DNA from: an uncultured bacterium
GTDB taxonomy: Bacteria; Patescibacteriota; Saccharimonadia; UBA4664
Assembly (NCBI GenBank): GCA_963720265.1
Contig: CAVRET010000002.1
Location: 1,006,069 to 1,070,068 of the forward strand
Direction of reading: 5' to 3'
Length of the DNA: 64,000 nt
Position 1 is the stretch's first letter. Every line of letters begins with the position of its first letter. The translations under genes were made by a program, and so were the position numbers. The notes under the pieces are model-generated. The model was not told the DNA's origin, did not search any database, and saw only the letters and a list, made by a program, of their open reading frames with translations. Shown here in pieces: positions 18,581-28,497 of the stretch.

Positions 18581-20048
18581 CGGCCGCGACCAGTGCGATT
18601 AGACTGCAGACGACGAGCATGTCGGTCAGGCCTTGGACAAAAGCAGTTCTTACCGCCGTGAGCAGGGCCGGCAAATGGCTAGCTTTGGCCACAGTGACAC
18701 CGGCTATGACGCTTTGGCCAATGTCGGTTTGGAGCCGTGCGGGCAGATAGCCGATATCCAGGTGACGGCGATAACTTGAGCCAAGCAATGTACCTAAAAG
18801 GGCGATGCCAAGCGTGCCGCCGACTTGCCGGACGGCTGATATGAGCGCCGTACCGGAGGCCGCACGATCCCCGTTTAAGGGTGAGATGGCAGCAGCGGCA
18901 ACAGTAGGCATGGCGACACCCAGGCCAAGGCCAATGACGGCTGACCAGGCGACAATAAACTGGCCGGACGAGGCGAGCGTGGTCTTGGTGCCCCAATAGA
19001 GACCGAGCGACATGAACAGAAAGCCGGCCGGCACGATGATTTTGGTTGGAATGCCGGCCGCAAACTTACCGGCGATGACCGAGCCGATGATGAGACCTCC
19101 AATCATGGGCAAGAGAAAGTAACCGGCGTGGAGGGCGTTATCCGCCCTTACCCCCTGGAGGTATTGCGGCAGGCCAAACAACAGGCCAAAGAGGGCAAAG
19201 TTGACCGAGGTCATGAGAATGGTGCCCCAGGTGAAGGCGCCGTACGTAAAGAGCTTGAGGTCCACGAGCGGTGAGCCCTTTAACCGGGTTATCCGTTTTT
19301 CCCAGGCAACGAACGCCAGCAAAAGGATAGCTCCCAGGACGAGTGAGGCAATCACGGCGCGATCTGACCAGCCACTTGACTCAGCCTGAATGGCGCCGTA
19401 GGTAATGCCGGTAAGACCGACGCTCGATAGCAGAATGCCTGTTTTGTCGATAGCGCGCTTGGCCTTGGATTTGGACTCCGGCAAAAGCATAGCAATCGCT
19501 ATAAAGGCAAAGGCGCAGACCGGCAGGTTGATGAGAAAGACCGATCCCCACCAGAACCTGGTTAGCAGCCAACCGCCCAGGATTGGGCCCAAAGGGTAGG
19601 CTAAAAAGACGCCGCCCATTAAGATGGCCAGCGCTTTCGTGCGTTCGGCGGGCTTGAAATAAAGAGGCATGACGGACATGCCAAGCGGCAGGATGAAAGC
19701 AGCGCCGGCACCGAGCAGAACTCTGGCTGATATAAGCATGCTGACCGAGGTGGAATAGGCGCAGGCAGCGGAGGCCAGGCCGAACAGCGCAATCGCAAAC
19801 AAGAGGAGTTTCTTGCGGCCATAGCGGTCGCCAAGCAGGCCGGCCGGGAGCGTTAATACGGCCAGGGCTAGCGCATAGACATCGGCAATCCACTCCAGTT
19901 GGCCGGCGGTGGCATGCAAGTCTTTGGCCAGGGTCGGCAGGGCAAGGTTTAAAACGGTGAGATCAAGGCTGAAAGCAATGGCGGCGAGCGAAATGGCTGC
20001 GACAGCCCACCATTTACGCGGTCCAATATCTTTGATCTGGCTCGCCAT
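18528..20048 (-). CDS. MFS DHA2 (EmrB/QacA-like) efflux transporter
   Basis: LDLTVLNLALP, GLLGDRYGRK, GPILGG and WxxVFLINLP motifs; about 14 TM helices. Confidence 0.92.
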   Translation of the reverse strand: MASQIKDIGPRKWWAVAAISLAAIAFSLDLTVLNLALPTLAKDLHATAGQLEWIADVYALALAVLTLPAGLLGDRYGRKKLLLFAIALFGLASAACAYSTSVSMLISARVLLGAGAAFILPLGMSVMPLYFKPAERTKALAILMGGVFLAYPLGPILGGWLLTRFWWGSVFLINLPVCAFAFIAIAMLLPESKSKAKRAIDKTGILLSSVGLTGITYGAIQAESSGWSDRAVIASLVLGAILLLAFVAWEKRITRLKGSPLVDLKLFTYGAFTWGTILMTSVNFALFGLLFGLPQYLQGVRADNALHAGYFLLPMIGGLIIGSVIAGKFAAGIPTKIIVPAGFLFMSLGLYWGTKTTLASSGQFIVAWSAVIGLGLGVAMPTVAAAAISPLNGDRAASGTALISAVRQVGGTLGIALLGTLLGSSYRRHLDIGYLPARLQTDIGQSVIAGVTVAKASHLPALLTAVRTAFVQGLTDMLVVCSLIALVAAVVAVLFLPNTHVRTKRS

Positions 20049-20083
20049 GTTTTACTCTCTTTTATGCTTATGCTTAATCTTAC

Positions 20084-20116
20084 TGACAGTTAATCGTAAA
20101 TGACAGTTACTGTCAA
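20084..20116. promoter_or_regulatory. Putative TetR operator overlapping the -35 of the MFS-TetR operon
   Basis: Palindrome TGACAGT-T-ACTGTCA (20101-20115) plus a half-site TGACAGTT at 20084. Confidence 0.7.
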
Positions 20117-20250
20117 ATTGTAGATGAGCGGCTAACACGGCAGTTAGAGAGGAGATTAATCTGATGACCTTCAGGCATGCAGACAAGCAAACGCCCCGTC
20201 GGTCAAGCAACACCGGCGTTGACGTTGCTTGCCCGATGGGGGGCATAGGG

Positions 20251-20973
20251 CTACTGAGGCTTGCCCTTGATGTGGGCGCGTGCCCGCTGCGCGGTCCAGC
20301 CGACCGGGATGCTCGCGCGTCCGAGTTCGTCGACCTGGATTCTTAGGCTTGAGCCGATTTCCGGACAGGGGTTGAACTCGACGATGGCGAGCCGCCCATT
20401 GCCCGTCCATCGACACTTGGGTGCAAGCGCGGTGGGCATCTGATAGCTGTCTGAGGCCGGGATGCCGATGTGTTGGAAGGCTATGGCCTTGGCTTCGTCG
20501 AGTGTTACGGTGTCAGGGATATCGCCTTGACTGCGCGGAGTGGTCGCAAAACGCGCCCACCCGATGGTCTGACCCGATCCGTCATCGCCCCGGCCGATGA
20601 GGAAGACGTCGTAGTACCAGCCGGAGAGCAGATCAATCTGTGTAGGCCTGCCGCATGCGACAAGCGTTGGCAGCTCTCCCAGGATGACCGGCGTGCCGTT
20701 CCAGCTTGCGACTTCGCGTTCGAGACCTGCGAAGGTCGCAACATCGGTCCTAAAGATCAGGACAGCGACATTTGCCGGCACGTTCGGGCCGGTGGGCCAG
20801 CGACTGGGGTCTTGGACATGTACGGCCAGACGTGAGCCTTCGATATGGGCGGTCCGGAAGGGCCGCGGAAGGCCGCCGACCGTAATTGTGGCGAACCGAC
20901 CCGGGTCAATACGGGTCATATGACCCGGCGTGTCACCTGAACGCGCGGTTCCGGCGGGTTGTTGACTGCTCAC
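20251..20973 (-). CDS. Hypothetical protein (GC-rich)
   Basis: AGGAGG RBS, GTG start and an AT-rich promoter upstream. Confidence 0.55.
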   Translation of the reverse strand: MSSQQPAGTARSGDTPGHMTRIDPGRFATITVGGLPRPFRTAHIEGSRLAVHVQDPSRWPTGPNVPANVAVLIFRTDVATFAGLEREVASWNGTPVILGELPTLVACGRPTQIDLLSGWYYDVFLIGRGDDGSGQTIGWARFATTPRSQGDIPDTVTLDEAKAIAFQHIGIPASDSYQMPTALAPKCRWTGNGRLAIVEFNPCPEIGSSLRIQVDELGRASIPVGWTAQRARAHIKGKPQ

Positions 20974-21054
20974 GATGCCTCCTGGGGCTCGTTTGCGAAT
21001 GAGTCATTACGACTCACATATATTACAATGTTTCTTTATAATTGCAAGGCATTG

Positions 21055-21095
21055 CCAATGGACCGGCCGCCTGTCTCGGGCGGCCGGTCCATTGG
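21055..21095. terminator. 17-bp hairpin terminator
   Basis: CCAATGGACCGGCCGCC / GGCGGCCGGTCCATTGG, downstream of 21118-21978. Confidence 0.7.
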
Positions 21096-21117
21096 TTTTT
21101 CTACAAGCGGGTGGGGC

Positions 21118-21978
21118 TCAGCGGCGGTGCCACGTCTGTAGGAACCCCTGGTTCTTGTCGTTGAATGGTCGTATGGAGGTGGGCGAAAGGTTGAGGTCAG
21201 GGGCCGTTAGCACCGGCGGAATTACCGGACCATTCTTTTGTGGCGGAGCCGGGCGTTCCAGAGCCGACATGGCCTGGCCGTTCCGCCATACCCAGACATA
21301 CTTACGGCAATCCCCAAGGCGCACCTGCTTGCCGCTGTAGGCCAGGCAGACCCTAGGGTCCTTTACCCAGTAGATGACTACGAGCGGGTCGCCGTTATGC
21401 GCATCGAGCCAGGACTGGGGCACGTTGAGCACGTTGGGATGCTTGGCATCTACTGTGTCGTATTCCACCACCCGCCACTGGCCGGCTCGGCCGACGTCGT
21501 TGTAGTTACGTTGTACGACGACAGGCGAATTGCCTCCCGGATGAGGAGACGTGACCGTTAGGCAGTACTCCTGGTTGGGTGTCGGGTCCGGTTCGAGCGT
21601 AGCGGGGGTACAGATTCGTGTAATGACCGAAGATATCGCCTTCGCGTTCTCCGGCAGGATCACGTATGGACCGGAGGTTCCGGATTCGCCCGAGAGCAGA
21701 GACGCTAGGCTGACGCCGCTACCTGCTGTCACCGCAGTCGACGCGCCGACGAAAGGAAGCCCGGCTGCCAGCTGCTCAGACAGGCTACCGTCACTGACTG
21801 CCGTTGCGGCGCCCGATACGCCGGTAGCCAGCTGGGATTGCGGCGCGGGCTGAGGCGAAGTCCCGGCATAGGCAGGGGCTGTCATGCCGCTGGCGAGGAC
21901 GGTGGTGGCGCTTAGCCCCGCCAGCCAGCGCAGGAGTCTGAATCTGCCCGGTGGGCGGGGTCTGCGCGATGTGCGCAT
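21118..21978 (-). CDS. Secreted protein with a ricin-B/beta-trefoil-like C-terminal domain
   Basis: Actinobacterial-style signal peptide (APAYA); YCLT...GQW...VCL...LGDC...W pattern. Confidence 0.55.
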   Translation of the reverse strand: MRTSRRPRPPGRFRLLRWLAGLSATTVLASGMTAPAYAGTSPQPAPQSQLATGVSGAATAVSDGSLSEQLAAGLPFVGASTAVTAGSGVSLASLLSGESGTSGPYVILPENAKAISSVITRICTPATLEPDPTPNQEYCLTVTSPHPGGNSPVVVQRNYNDVGRAGQWRVVEYDTVDAKHPNVLNVPQSWLDAHNGDPLVVIYWVKDPRVCLAYSGKQVRLGDCRKYVWVWRNGQAMSALERPAPPQKNGPVIPPVLTAPDLNLSPTSIRPFNDKNQGFLQTWHRR

Positions 21979-22061
21979 CTTCCACCTTCCCTTGTCCGTA
22001 GGAACTGGTCATGTTTGACCATGCGCTTAAGTTTATCACGGTGGGTAGGCTTTTTACCTAG

Positions 22062-22212
22062 TGGCAGCTATAAAAGGATTCGGTGTTGGTAAAAACGGAG
22101 TGAGCTCCAAAGAGATTGAACGGCGTCTAGGAGTCACCTACAAGGCCACTTGGCGTATGACTAAGCAGATCCGCCTTATGATGCACGAAAGCGGCAATAT
22201 GCTGACAGGTAT
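22062..22212 (+). pseudogene. IS1595-family transposase fragment
   Basis: KNGVSSKEIERRLGVTYKATWRMTKQIR aligns with KNGVAALELQRHFGMTYKCAWRIARQIR of the transposase at 37142. Confidence 0.8.
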
Positions 22213-22242
22213 TGACTGGGGCTATGGTCGGATTTCAGAACT
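22213..22242 (+). repeat. att-like motif copy A (30-nt class)
   Basis: TGACTGGGG-N16-GAACT, reading *LGLWSDFRT; truncates the IS1595 fragment. Confidence 0.65.
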
Positions 22243-22379
22243 TTAAGCCTTGTTATCGTCCCTTCGTCGATGGCAAGAGTGAAGGCTCTGTTAGCTTAGT
22301 TAGCCATTTAGTTCAGCGTTAAACACTGTCTAGAGAGCTTCAATCAAACTAACGGCTACACCACTGGTATAATGTAAAT

Positions 22380-22649
22380 ATGGATGACGAGCAGACCGAA
22401 CAGGTGATTCAACAGATTAAAAAACATGGCAAACTCCATGAAATTTTGAAGGTTCTGACATTTACTGGCTTGACGGAAAATAATACAAGGGTAAGAGTCA
22501 AGATTTTTGATATAGGACCTTCCGGTGGCTCTAACAGGTACAAAGTTAAAGCTTCTACCGTAGGGAAAATAAAGCAAGTTGCAACCGGAGACGCGGCTGA
22601 AAGTATTGATGCCGCACTATCCAAAGTTCATTGGGAAGACTTAAATTAA
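22380..22649 (+). CDS. Hypothetical protein (apparently leaderless)
   Basis: TGgTATAAT-N6-ATG; AT-rich ORF. Confidence 0.7.
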   Translation: MDDEQTEQVIQQIKKHGKLHEILKVLTFTGLTENNTRVRVKIFDIGPSGGSNRYKVKASTVGKIKQVATGDAAESIDAALSKVHWEDLN

Positions 22650-22726
22650 ATATCTACTAGCATGGCTTAGCATGTCGGTCTAAAACCTTTTCAGTCTTTG
22701 TTCTATTTCGTCTTAAAGCATACAAT

Positions 22727-22939
22727 ATGATCATGAATAAAACGAAAAAATATCCGTATTGGATTTATATAGCAGGTATTTTGGTGGTTTGGGCAATAGT
22801 ACTATTGGCTGCATGGAGGTTAATCAGCCCCCATAGATTCCACGGCTTAGTTATTTTCTGTGGCGGTTTCCTATTCGGTGTTCTGATTATAAGTATTGTT
22901 AGGAGTAAGTATTTCGAGAAGCCATTCAATAGAGATTAA
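22727..22939 (+). CDS. Small two-TM membrane protein
   Basis: Two hydrophobic helices; AT-rich. Confidence 0.65.
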   Translation: MIMNKTKKYPYWIYIAGILVVWAIVLLAAWRLISPHRFHGLVIFCGGFLFGVLIISIVRSKYFEKPFNRD

Positions 22940-23025
22940 ACCTAAGACCTTATGGCTGAGTATGCAGGTTATGAACAATAACAGTTGACCAGACTATATT
23001 TTTGACTAAGTTCGAATTTTTAGCT

Positions 23026-23050
23026 TGGCTGGGGCGATAGCATTCGAACT
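23026..23050 (+). repeat. att-like motif copy D (25-nt, tRNA-Gln 3'-end spacing)
   Basis: TGGCTGGGG-CGATA-GCA-TTCGAACT versus the tRNA-Gln reverse complement TGGCTGGGG-N5-GGA-TTCGAACC. Confidence 0.7.
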
Positions 23051-23051
23051 G

Positions 23052-23441
23052 TTATTTTTTGTCGGCTATAGAATGTCGCTGAATCCACCCCGCTACTTCG
23101 GCTAAGTCTGGGTGACTCGTAGCCAGATTGAGTGTATATTCTTCAAGCTCTTGATTGGTGGCCGTTAGATCATAGCCATTTATAACGAGGAAGCGGTACA
23201 TGGAGACGACTGCAGTGCGCTTATTGCCGTCGAGGAAGACGTGATAATTACAAAGGGCCTCATATAGCGCCGCCGCTTTTGCAAATATATTGGGATATAA
23301 GTCTTGACCGCCGAAGCTGGCCTTGGGCTTCTGTGCAATAGATTTGAGCAGCTCAGGCTCGCGGACACCAAGAGAGCCACCGGTGGCCTCAATGATCTGG
23401 TCGTGTATGGCCGCGATGTCGGTGGTTTCAAGGTGCCGCAT
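23052..23441 (-). CDS. doc: Doc/Fic family toxin
   Basis: HVFLDGNKRTA Fic/Doc motif; coupled to an upstream antitoxin. Confidence 0.9.
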   Translation of the reverse strand: MRHLETTDIAAIHDQIIEATGGSLGVREPELLKSIAQKPKASFGGQDLYPNIFAKAAALYEALCNYHVFLDGNKRTAVVSMYRFLVINGYDLTATNQELEEYTLNLATSHPDLAEVAGWIQRHSIADKK

Positions 23442-23668
23442 TACTTGTCAGCTAAAGCTTTAAGCGCGGGTCGATAGCGGTCAATGGCTTGGGCTGTCCA
23501 AGCAGTGAGTTCTTCGTCGACCGAGACAGAATCGGTGACCGGTACGAGACGAAAGATCGGCTTGGAGCGCTTAACAACTATAAAAGTTTCGCCGAGACCA
23601 GCGCGCTCTGCGACAGCCTCGGTGTTTTCTCGCAGTTCTTTGAGCCCGATAATAGTAGTCATAATCAT
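23441..23668 (-). CDS. Phd/YefM family antitoxin
   Basis: IGLKELREN...GETFIVVKRSKP; its stop overlaps the doc start. Confidence 0.85.
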   Translation of the reverse strand: MIMTTIIGLKELRENTEAVAERAGLGETFIVVKRSKPIFRLVPVTDSVSVDEELTAWTAQAIDRYRPALKALADK

Positions 23669-23740
23669 ATTCTCGTTATGTTTACGTAAAGTTTATCTTA
23701 AAAGTCACTTTATGTCAAGAAAGGTGTACGGAATACTCCT

Positions 23741-23770
23741 TGGCTGGGAGTCTGGTCGGATTTCCGCACT
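23741..23770 (+). repeat. att-like motif copy E (30-nt class)
   Basis: TGGCTGGGA-N16-GCACT, reading WLGVWSDFRT; shares TGGTCGGATTTC with copy A. Confidence 0.65.
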
Positions 23771-23894
23771 ATTGACATAGCCGTTAGCGAATCATCAATA
23801 CTACGCATCAAGAGCCCGACGATATTGAGGTCAATGTGGAGCAAATCCGCGAGTTGCTCGATGAAGATGATCAGGCCAGGGAGGAGGGCTCGAC

Positions 23895-24380
23895 ATGCTA
23901 AGTCAACTCCTCCGTCGATCTCAGGCTCCCTCGCCCGAGCTGGTAACTTCAAAGCTGTTTAACGAGAGTTCATTTTACGATACTTTTCTTAAGGGTTTAG
24001 AGAAGTGTCACAGTGAGATGATAATCGAGTGCCCGTTCATAGTTTACCGACGAGTGGCAACGTTATTGCCGGTCATGCGGAAGCTGAAGGCTCTACGCGT
24101 GAGGATCGTTGTCAACACCCGAGACCCGCAGGAACATGACGCGGACCGCCGGGAAGATGCGCACGCGGCCCTAGCTTACCTGCAGCACATCGGAGTCCAC
24201 CTTGTATATACCGCCGTGCATCATCGTGAGCTCGCGGTACTAGATCGAAAAATACTGTACGAAGGCAGTTTGAATATTCTCTCGCAAAATAACAGCAGCG
24301 AAATAATGCAAAGCATTGAATCTGTGGGGCTCGCGTGGCAGATGGTACGGTTTGTAGAGCTTGATAGACTGATCAGGTAG
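23895..24380 (+). CDS. Phospholipase D-like (HKD-type) domain protein, possibly a nuclease
   Basis: IIECPF...HHRELAVLD...YEGSLNILS. The HKD lysine appears replaced by E, so it may be inactive. Confidence 0.8.
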   Translation: MLSQLLRRSQAPSPELVTSKLFNESSFYDTFLKGLEKCHSEMIIECPFIVYRRVATLLPVMRKLKALRVRIVVNTRDPQEHDADRREDAHAALAYLQHIGVHLVYTAVHHRELAVLDRKILYEGSLNILSQNNSSEIMQSIESVGLAWQMVRFVELDRLIR

Positions 24381-24563
24381 ATTAGGCCGGAAGTGTTCTG
24401 CTTTAAATGTCCACGCATTGCCCTGGGAAGTCATAGCTGGTACTATGCACGCCTACCGTCGCTAGTTTAAACGGAGGGTGCCAAGAGGAGTAGCAGGTGC
24501 CCGCATGCGACTTTCGCTAACTTTAGAAAAGATATTCGGTACCTCGCCCCTTTGATTCGAAGA

Positions 24564-24941
24564 CTAAGAAGTTCCTACAACAGTTATGCCATACTGCTCA
24601 AGAAATATGTCGCTTGTAAGTAGTGCACTTCTTTCTACGCTGGCCTGGGCGACAAGCATTCGATCAAATGGGTCGTGGTGAAGCATTGGTAATGATTCGA
24701 AGGCGCGCAAATAGCTGTCGGCTAGCGAAAGTCGACGAAATCCAAGGTTGCGTACCGTTTCAAGCAATTCAGGGATTGGAGCGAGCTTAGAAGTAGAGAT
24801 CTTGATAGATATTTCCCACAGTGAAGCTTCCGAGATTGCAATTTCCTGAGCGCCTTCAATCGCTCGTCGCGCAGCCACCCCAAGTCGTTCGTCATCGTCT
24901 AGTATCCACAGCAGAGCGTTGGTATCTAGGATTAGCTTCAT
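24564..24941 (-). CDS. vapC: VapC/PIN-domain toxin
   Basis: LILDTNALLW, SLWEI.IK, HHDPFDRMLVAQA and LLTSD motifs. Confidence 0.92.
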   Translation of the reverse strand: MKLILDTNALLWILDDDERLGVAARRAIEGAQEIAISEASLWEISIKISTSKLAPIPELLETVRNLGFRRLSLADSYLRAFESLPMLHHDPFDRMLVAQASVERSALLTSDIFLEQYGITVVGTS

Positions 24942-25192
24942 TACGGTTTGTTGGTGCTTTCCTGAAACAGCTGCAAGATCTCCACGTCCGCTTTATCGTA
25001 GTCGTCAGAGTATTTGATTTTGCCCTTCAGCGCCCCGAACAATTTGATTTTACTTGGCTCCTCAAGCGGCTGGAGCTTGAAGCGCGTCACCTTGCCCCCA
25101 CGACGAGTAATGATTACCTCATCACCCTCAGCGGCTGCGTTCAGAAGCTGGCTAAGATTCGTTTTTGCCTGATGTACGTTTGCGGTAGTCAT
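24941..25192 (-). CDS. Phd/YefM-type antitoxin
   Basis: NVHQAKTNLSQLL...GDEVIITR. Operator-like palindrome ACTAGCTAGATTAGCTAGT at 25201-25219. Confidence 0.9.
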   Translation of the reverse strand: MTTANVHQAKTNLSQLLNAAAEGDEVIITRRGGKVTRFKLQPLEEPSKIKLFGALKGKIKYSDDYDKADVEILQLFQESTNKP

Positions 25193-25250
25193 GCTTAAAT
25201 ACTAGCTAGATTAGCTAGTTAAGTCAACTCACGTGTGGCGATAAGTTCTT

Positions 25251-25280
25251 TGGCTGGGGACATCGTTCTTGATTCAAACT
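25251..25280 (+). repeat. att-like motif copy F (30-nt class)
   Basis: TGGCTGGGG-N16-AAACT. Confidence 0.6.
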
Positions 25281-25371
25281 CCACGGTCTCGCCCAAAGAA
25301 GCGGGCGCGATGGGACGCCCAGCTCGCGATAGGTGTGCGACACAATGCCAAGACGAATCATTAACCCGTCT

Positions 25372-25418
25372 TATAAACAGATAAGGTGGGGTGTTGACCC
25401 CCACCTTATCTGTTTATA
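25372..25418. terminator. 20-bp perfect hairpin
   Basis: TATAAACAGATAAGGTGGGG / CCCCACCTTATCTGTTTATA, downstream of 25442-25987. Confidence 0.75.
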
Positions 25419-25441
25419 TTGGATTTTACTTACTTTCTCAC

Positions 25442-25987
25442 TTAGTCTGTCTCGCTCGGATCGTAAATCCCGAAACAGTATTCCCCGGAGTGATTTAGGT
25501 AGAACGAGGTACCGTTTGAAAATCCACCAGGTGCCAGGTATCCTCCCCAGTGGATATTTTTGAACGCAACTCCTTCACCACTACTGCAGGTCGATATCTT
25601 GAAGTTGGTTCCCCAGCCCCCACTGTTACTATTCGTCGGACACTGGTCGAGCCCGGTGTCGGCGTTGCCGGAGTTATTATTGAAGTCACCTACGCAAAAG
25701 CCATTGTAATTACCGCCACCAACAAACTCTAAGTAGCCGTTGCCATTGCTTAAGGTGTTTTGGCTGAACTCGTCGTTGGGTACCGCCCCCATGTTTGTGA
25801 AGACATTCACCTCGGGCCCACCATACCACGCGTTTAGGCATGCATTAGTGGTGCCATTATTCACGCAATACTGCAGGGCAGAGTTCGTCGCCAATGCGGG
25901 ACTCGCTCCCAGGGCTATTAATGTACCCATTGGCAGAACAATAGCAGTAGCGATTACCGCAAATTTAGTTCTTATTCTATGAAACAT
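25442..25987 (-). CDS. Secreted Cys-containing beta-trefoil/ricin-like protein
   Basis: AAGGAGG RBS; signal peptide ending SPALA; CLNAW...CVGD...LDQCP...GWGTNF. Confidence 0.65.
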   Translation of the reverse strand: MFHRIRTKFAVIATAIVLPMGTLIALGASPALATNSALQYCVNNGTTNACLNAWYGGPEVNVFTNMGAVPNDEFSQNTLSNGNGYLEFVGGGNYNGFCVGDFNNNSGNADTGLDQCPTNSNSGGWGTNFKISTCSSGEGVAFKNIHWGGYLAPGGFSNGTSFYLNHSGEYCFGIYDPSETD

Positions 25988-26207
25988 AGACTCCTCCTTG
26001 TTTACTCTACCCTTCCTGTCACTCGAACTTAGTCGCTAGTATTCTGAGAAATTCCTTGGCTTCGGGCTATGGTTCTTATTACAAATCTTTGACAATGTAT
26101 TCGAGCTGGACGGCAGGGTTCGGACACGCGTAGCATGGGGCTGAACGCTTGACATCCATCAACCAAAAACTGTATAGTTTCGAATAAACATAAGAGTTAT
26201 AAAACAA

Positions 26208-27059
26208 ATGCCCAGAAAAACCACCGCCCGCAGTTCCAGGTCGAGACCATCCACTCGCAAAGTGTTTAATAAAGCGTTACTCGCCAGGTTTCGTGGCCGT
26301 TTGTTTACGAGGACTTCGCTGGCGATTTTTTTGGGTCTTTTCGTCGTTATTGGCGCCTACCTCGTGTATAGCGTTAGCCGCGCCTCGTCGGAGCAGCTTG
26401 AATCCGGGGTCAATGGCAATCAAAGTCCTTCATACTGCCTGGATGACACCGGTGGCGGTACTGTGCGCACTGCGGCGTGCAACGGTATGTACGGCCAACA
26501 ATATAGTCTCGTCGGTGATGTCATCCACCTAGGCGGCTATTGCCTCGGGGTATCTGGTGCCAACTCTACTTCAATAGGTAGGTTTCTTGTGGCGGACGGT
26601 TGCTCGCCAACGCCGTGGGGCGCCGTATGGACCCCAAGCGGCAATCGGTTGTTAGATAATCACGCCGATGCTCTCGGCCATGGAACACAATATTGTCTCG
26701 ACGTGTCCGGAAATGTCGCCGGGCACAATGTAGATATTTGGCCTTGCAACGGCGGTTCAAACCAGAACTGGTACGAACAGGCCGTTGGCGGCGGAAGCGG
26801 CGGTAACACACCCCCCGTTACGCCCAAGCCGACCACGCCTGGTCCATGCACGATAGACTGGTATGGAGTGCAATTACCTTGCCAAAGTAGTTTCAATCTC
26901 TCAAGCTATAGCAGTTCAACATCATACAACAGTACTCTCTGTGTTGATCTTCGGGCCTACGAATTTGCTAGCAATAACGCGATCACGCTTCTTGGTCTAA
27001 CGTACGACTCGGCCATATCGCGATACCCAAACTGCTTTAACGCAAATTCATTCCGATAA
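26208..27059 (+). CDS. Surface protein with a ricin-B lectin domain
   Basis: Basic N-terminus and TM ending SRA; YCLDD, CNG..GQQY, CLDVSG and WPCNGGSNQNW (QxW) motifs. Confidence 0.85.
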   Translation: MPRKTTARSSRSRPSTRKVFNKALLARFRGRLFTRTSLAIFLGLFVVIGAYLVYSVSRASSEQLESGVNGNQSPSYCLDDTGGGTVRTAACNGMYGQQYSLVGDVIHLGGYCLGVSGANSTSIGRFLVADGCSPTPWGAVWTPSGNRLLDNHADALGHGTQYCLDVSGNVAGHNVDIWPCNGGSNQNWYEQAVGGGSGGNTPPVTPKPTTPGPCTIDWYGVQLPCQSSFNLSSYSSSTSYNSTLCVDLRAYEFASNNAITLLGLTYDSAISRYPNCFNANSFR

Positions 27060-27231
27060 AGATACATCTTCAAGCGGTTAGGTATCTTGAGGGTTCGCTA
27101 AAAGATTGAAGCCAGTTCGTTTGCATGCCTAAGACCGATGAAAGAGGGCTTGTCAGCCCTAAGGGCAGAAAAAGGTTCAACCGCTAGATTTACAGATGGG
27201 AAATCGTGAACTTGAACCCATTCGTACCATG

Positions 27232-27261
27232 AGGCTGGGGCTACGGGACGTTATCCGAACC
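27232..27261 (+). repeat. att-like motif copy G (30-nt class) within a probable recombinase C-terminal remnant
   Basis: AGGCTGGGG-N16-GAACC; the frame reads LEPIRTMRLGLRDVIRT. Confidence 0.6.
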
Positions 27262-27269
27262 TCGCCCTT

Positions 27270-27478
27270 TTAGGGCATTCGCTCGTCAGCCCATTCAAAA
27301 GTGGTTTTAAAATCATCCACGGAACGATATGTCATTCGCGAAATGGCCTCCCACTCGGGTCGCGTGAATAAGGGAACATAAACTATTACTTCTTCATGGG
27401 TGTCATGATGATGCGCGAGCCAATAAGTCAATAAAGTAGTTCCGGATGCTCTTTGTGCCGGTAAACTCCGGGTTTCAT
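27270..27478 (-). pseudogene. DUF1653-like pseudogene
   Basis: MKPGVYRHKEHPELLY*LIG / HHDTHEEVIV / YRSVDDF, with an internal stop and frameshifts. TATACT-N6-ATG upstream. Confidence 0.55.
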
Positions 27479-27564
27479 TTCACTAGTATATCAAGCCAAA
27501 AACTAGCGGAGGTGTGCTGTCCCCGGGGTGGCGTGGCAGCCGGGCCCCGGGGTCAGCGACTAAC

Positions 27565-28218
27565 TCAGTGCTGGTGATCGTGATTGGTGGCCTCGCAAAC
27601 CCCCCTAATCACGGGAACACCGTCCCTGAAGAGCCAGCAGGCGGCGGTGCGCTCCGCTCCGGCCATCAGCTCGGCGCTGCGCGGAACGATCGTCACCAGC
27701 TGCCGCCGGCGCCCCTCATCCGTCTGCTCGTAGGTGAGCTGGGTGTCGGGGTCGGCCGGCATGCGCGCGGCCGAGAGGTTGAGCTCGAGGTATTCGTGCC
27801 AGCCCGCGGCCGCTATGGCCTGGGCGTAGCCGGCGAGCTCGGTCTGGAAGCCGGGGGCGGTGACATCGATACCGCAGCCCTCATGCATTGAGGCGGCGGC
27901 ATAGCGCACCGGAACGGCTTCGCCATTGCTGCCGATGGCCCAGCAGGAGGGCAGCCCCATCTGGACCGCGTAGTCCAGCTCGACGGGGTACATGGCGAAC
28001 CGGCCCGGCCCGAGCGGTTCTTCGAACAGCACCTGGCCCGGCGGCACGTCGTAGTGCTGGTGCCGGAGGTAGACGCACAGGCCTGAGTCCTTCAGGACCT
28101 GGCAGCCCCCAGATAGCGCCTTCACGAAGGCCGCGTCAGACGGATTGGCCCGCGAGATGTGCGGTGCTGCGGTTAGGGTCATGACACCCTGTCCTCTCTC
28201 GATTGCGAGGGTTCGCAA
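27565..28218 (-). CDS. Hypothetical protein, very GC-rich (LRHQHY motif)
   Basis: Strong C/G third-position bias; GC hairpin downstream (27516-27558). Probable start MTLTAAP. Confidence 0.7.
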   Translation of the reverse strand: MRTLAIERGQGVMTLTAAPHISRANPSDAAFVKALSGGCQVLKDSGLCVYLRHQHYDVPPGQVLFEEPLGPGRFAMYPVELDYAVQMGLPSCWAIGSNGEAVPVRYAAASMHEGCGIDVTAPGFQTELAGYAQAIAAAGWHEYLELNLSAARMPADPDTQLTYEQTDEGRRRQLVTIVPRSAELMAGAERTAACWLFRDGVPVIRGVCEATNHDHQH

Positions 28219-28467
28219 GGTTTGTGACTATGGTGCGCTAGACTAGCGCATGCCACGACACTGCGACGCACGGACATGGTTCCGGGCCGCTCTTGCAGCG
28301 AATAGTATGGCATAGGCTGTGACCTATCGGCAATAGTGAAGGCGTAGATCAGTGCAGATAGCAGTCCGGCCACCAACATCTGAATTGTTTGATCAAGAAA
28401 CTTCTGTAGTGTTTCCCCAAAAATTAAATGGATCAGAGGATTTTGCATCAAATAAGCATATGTACTT

Positions 28468-28497
28468 CGGCTGGGGCGCTATCCCTCAGATGGAACC
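28468..28497 (+). repeat. att-like motif copy H (30-nt class)
   Basis: CGGCTGGGG-N16-GAACC. Confidence 0.55.

Noticed and set aside
27170-27220. GGTTCAA...TTGAACC hairpin resembling 6S RNA motifs
   Set aside because: Only a local hairpin; the region is better explained as a recombinase C-terminal remnant next to att copy G and a DUF1653 pseudogene.
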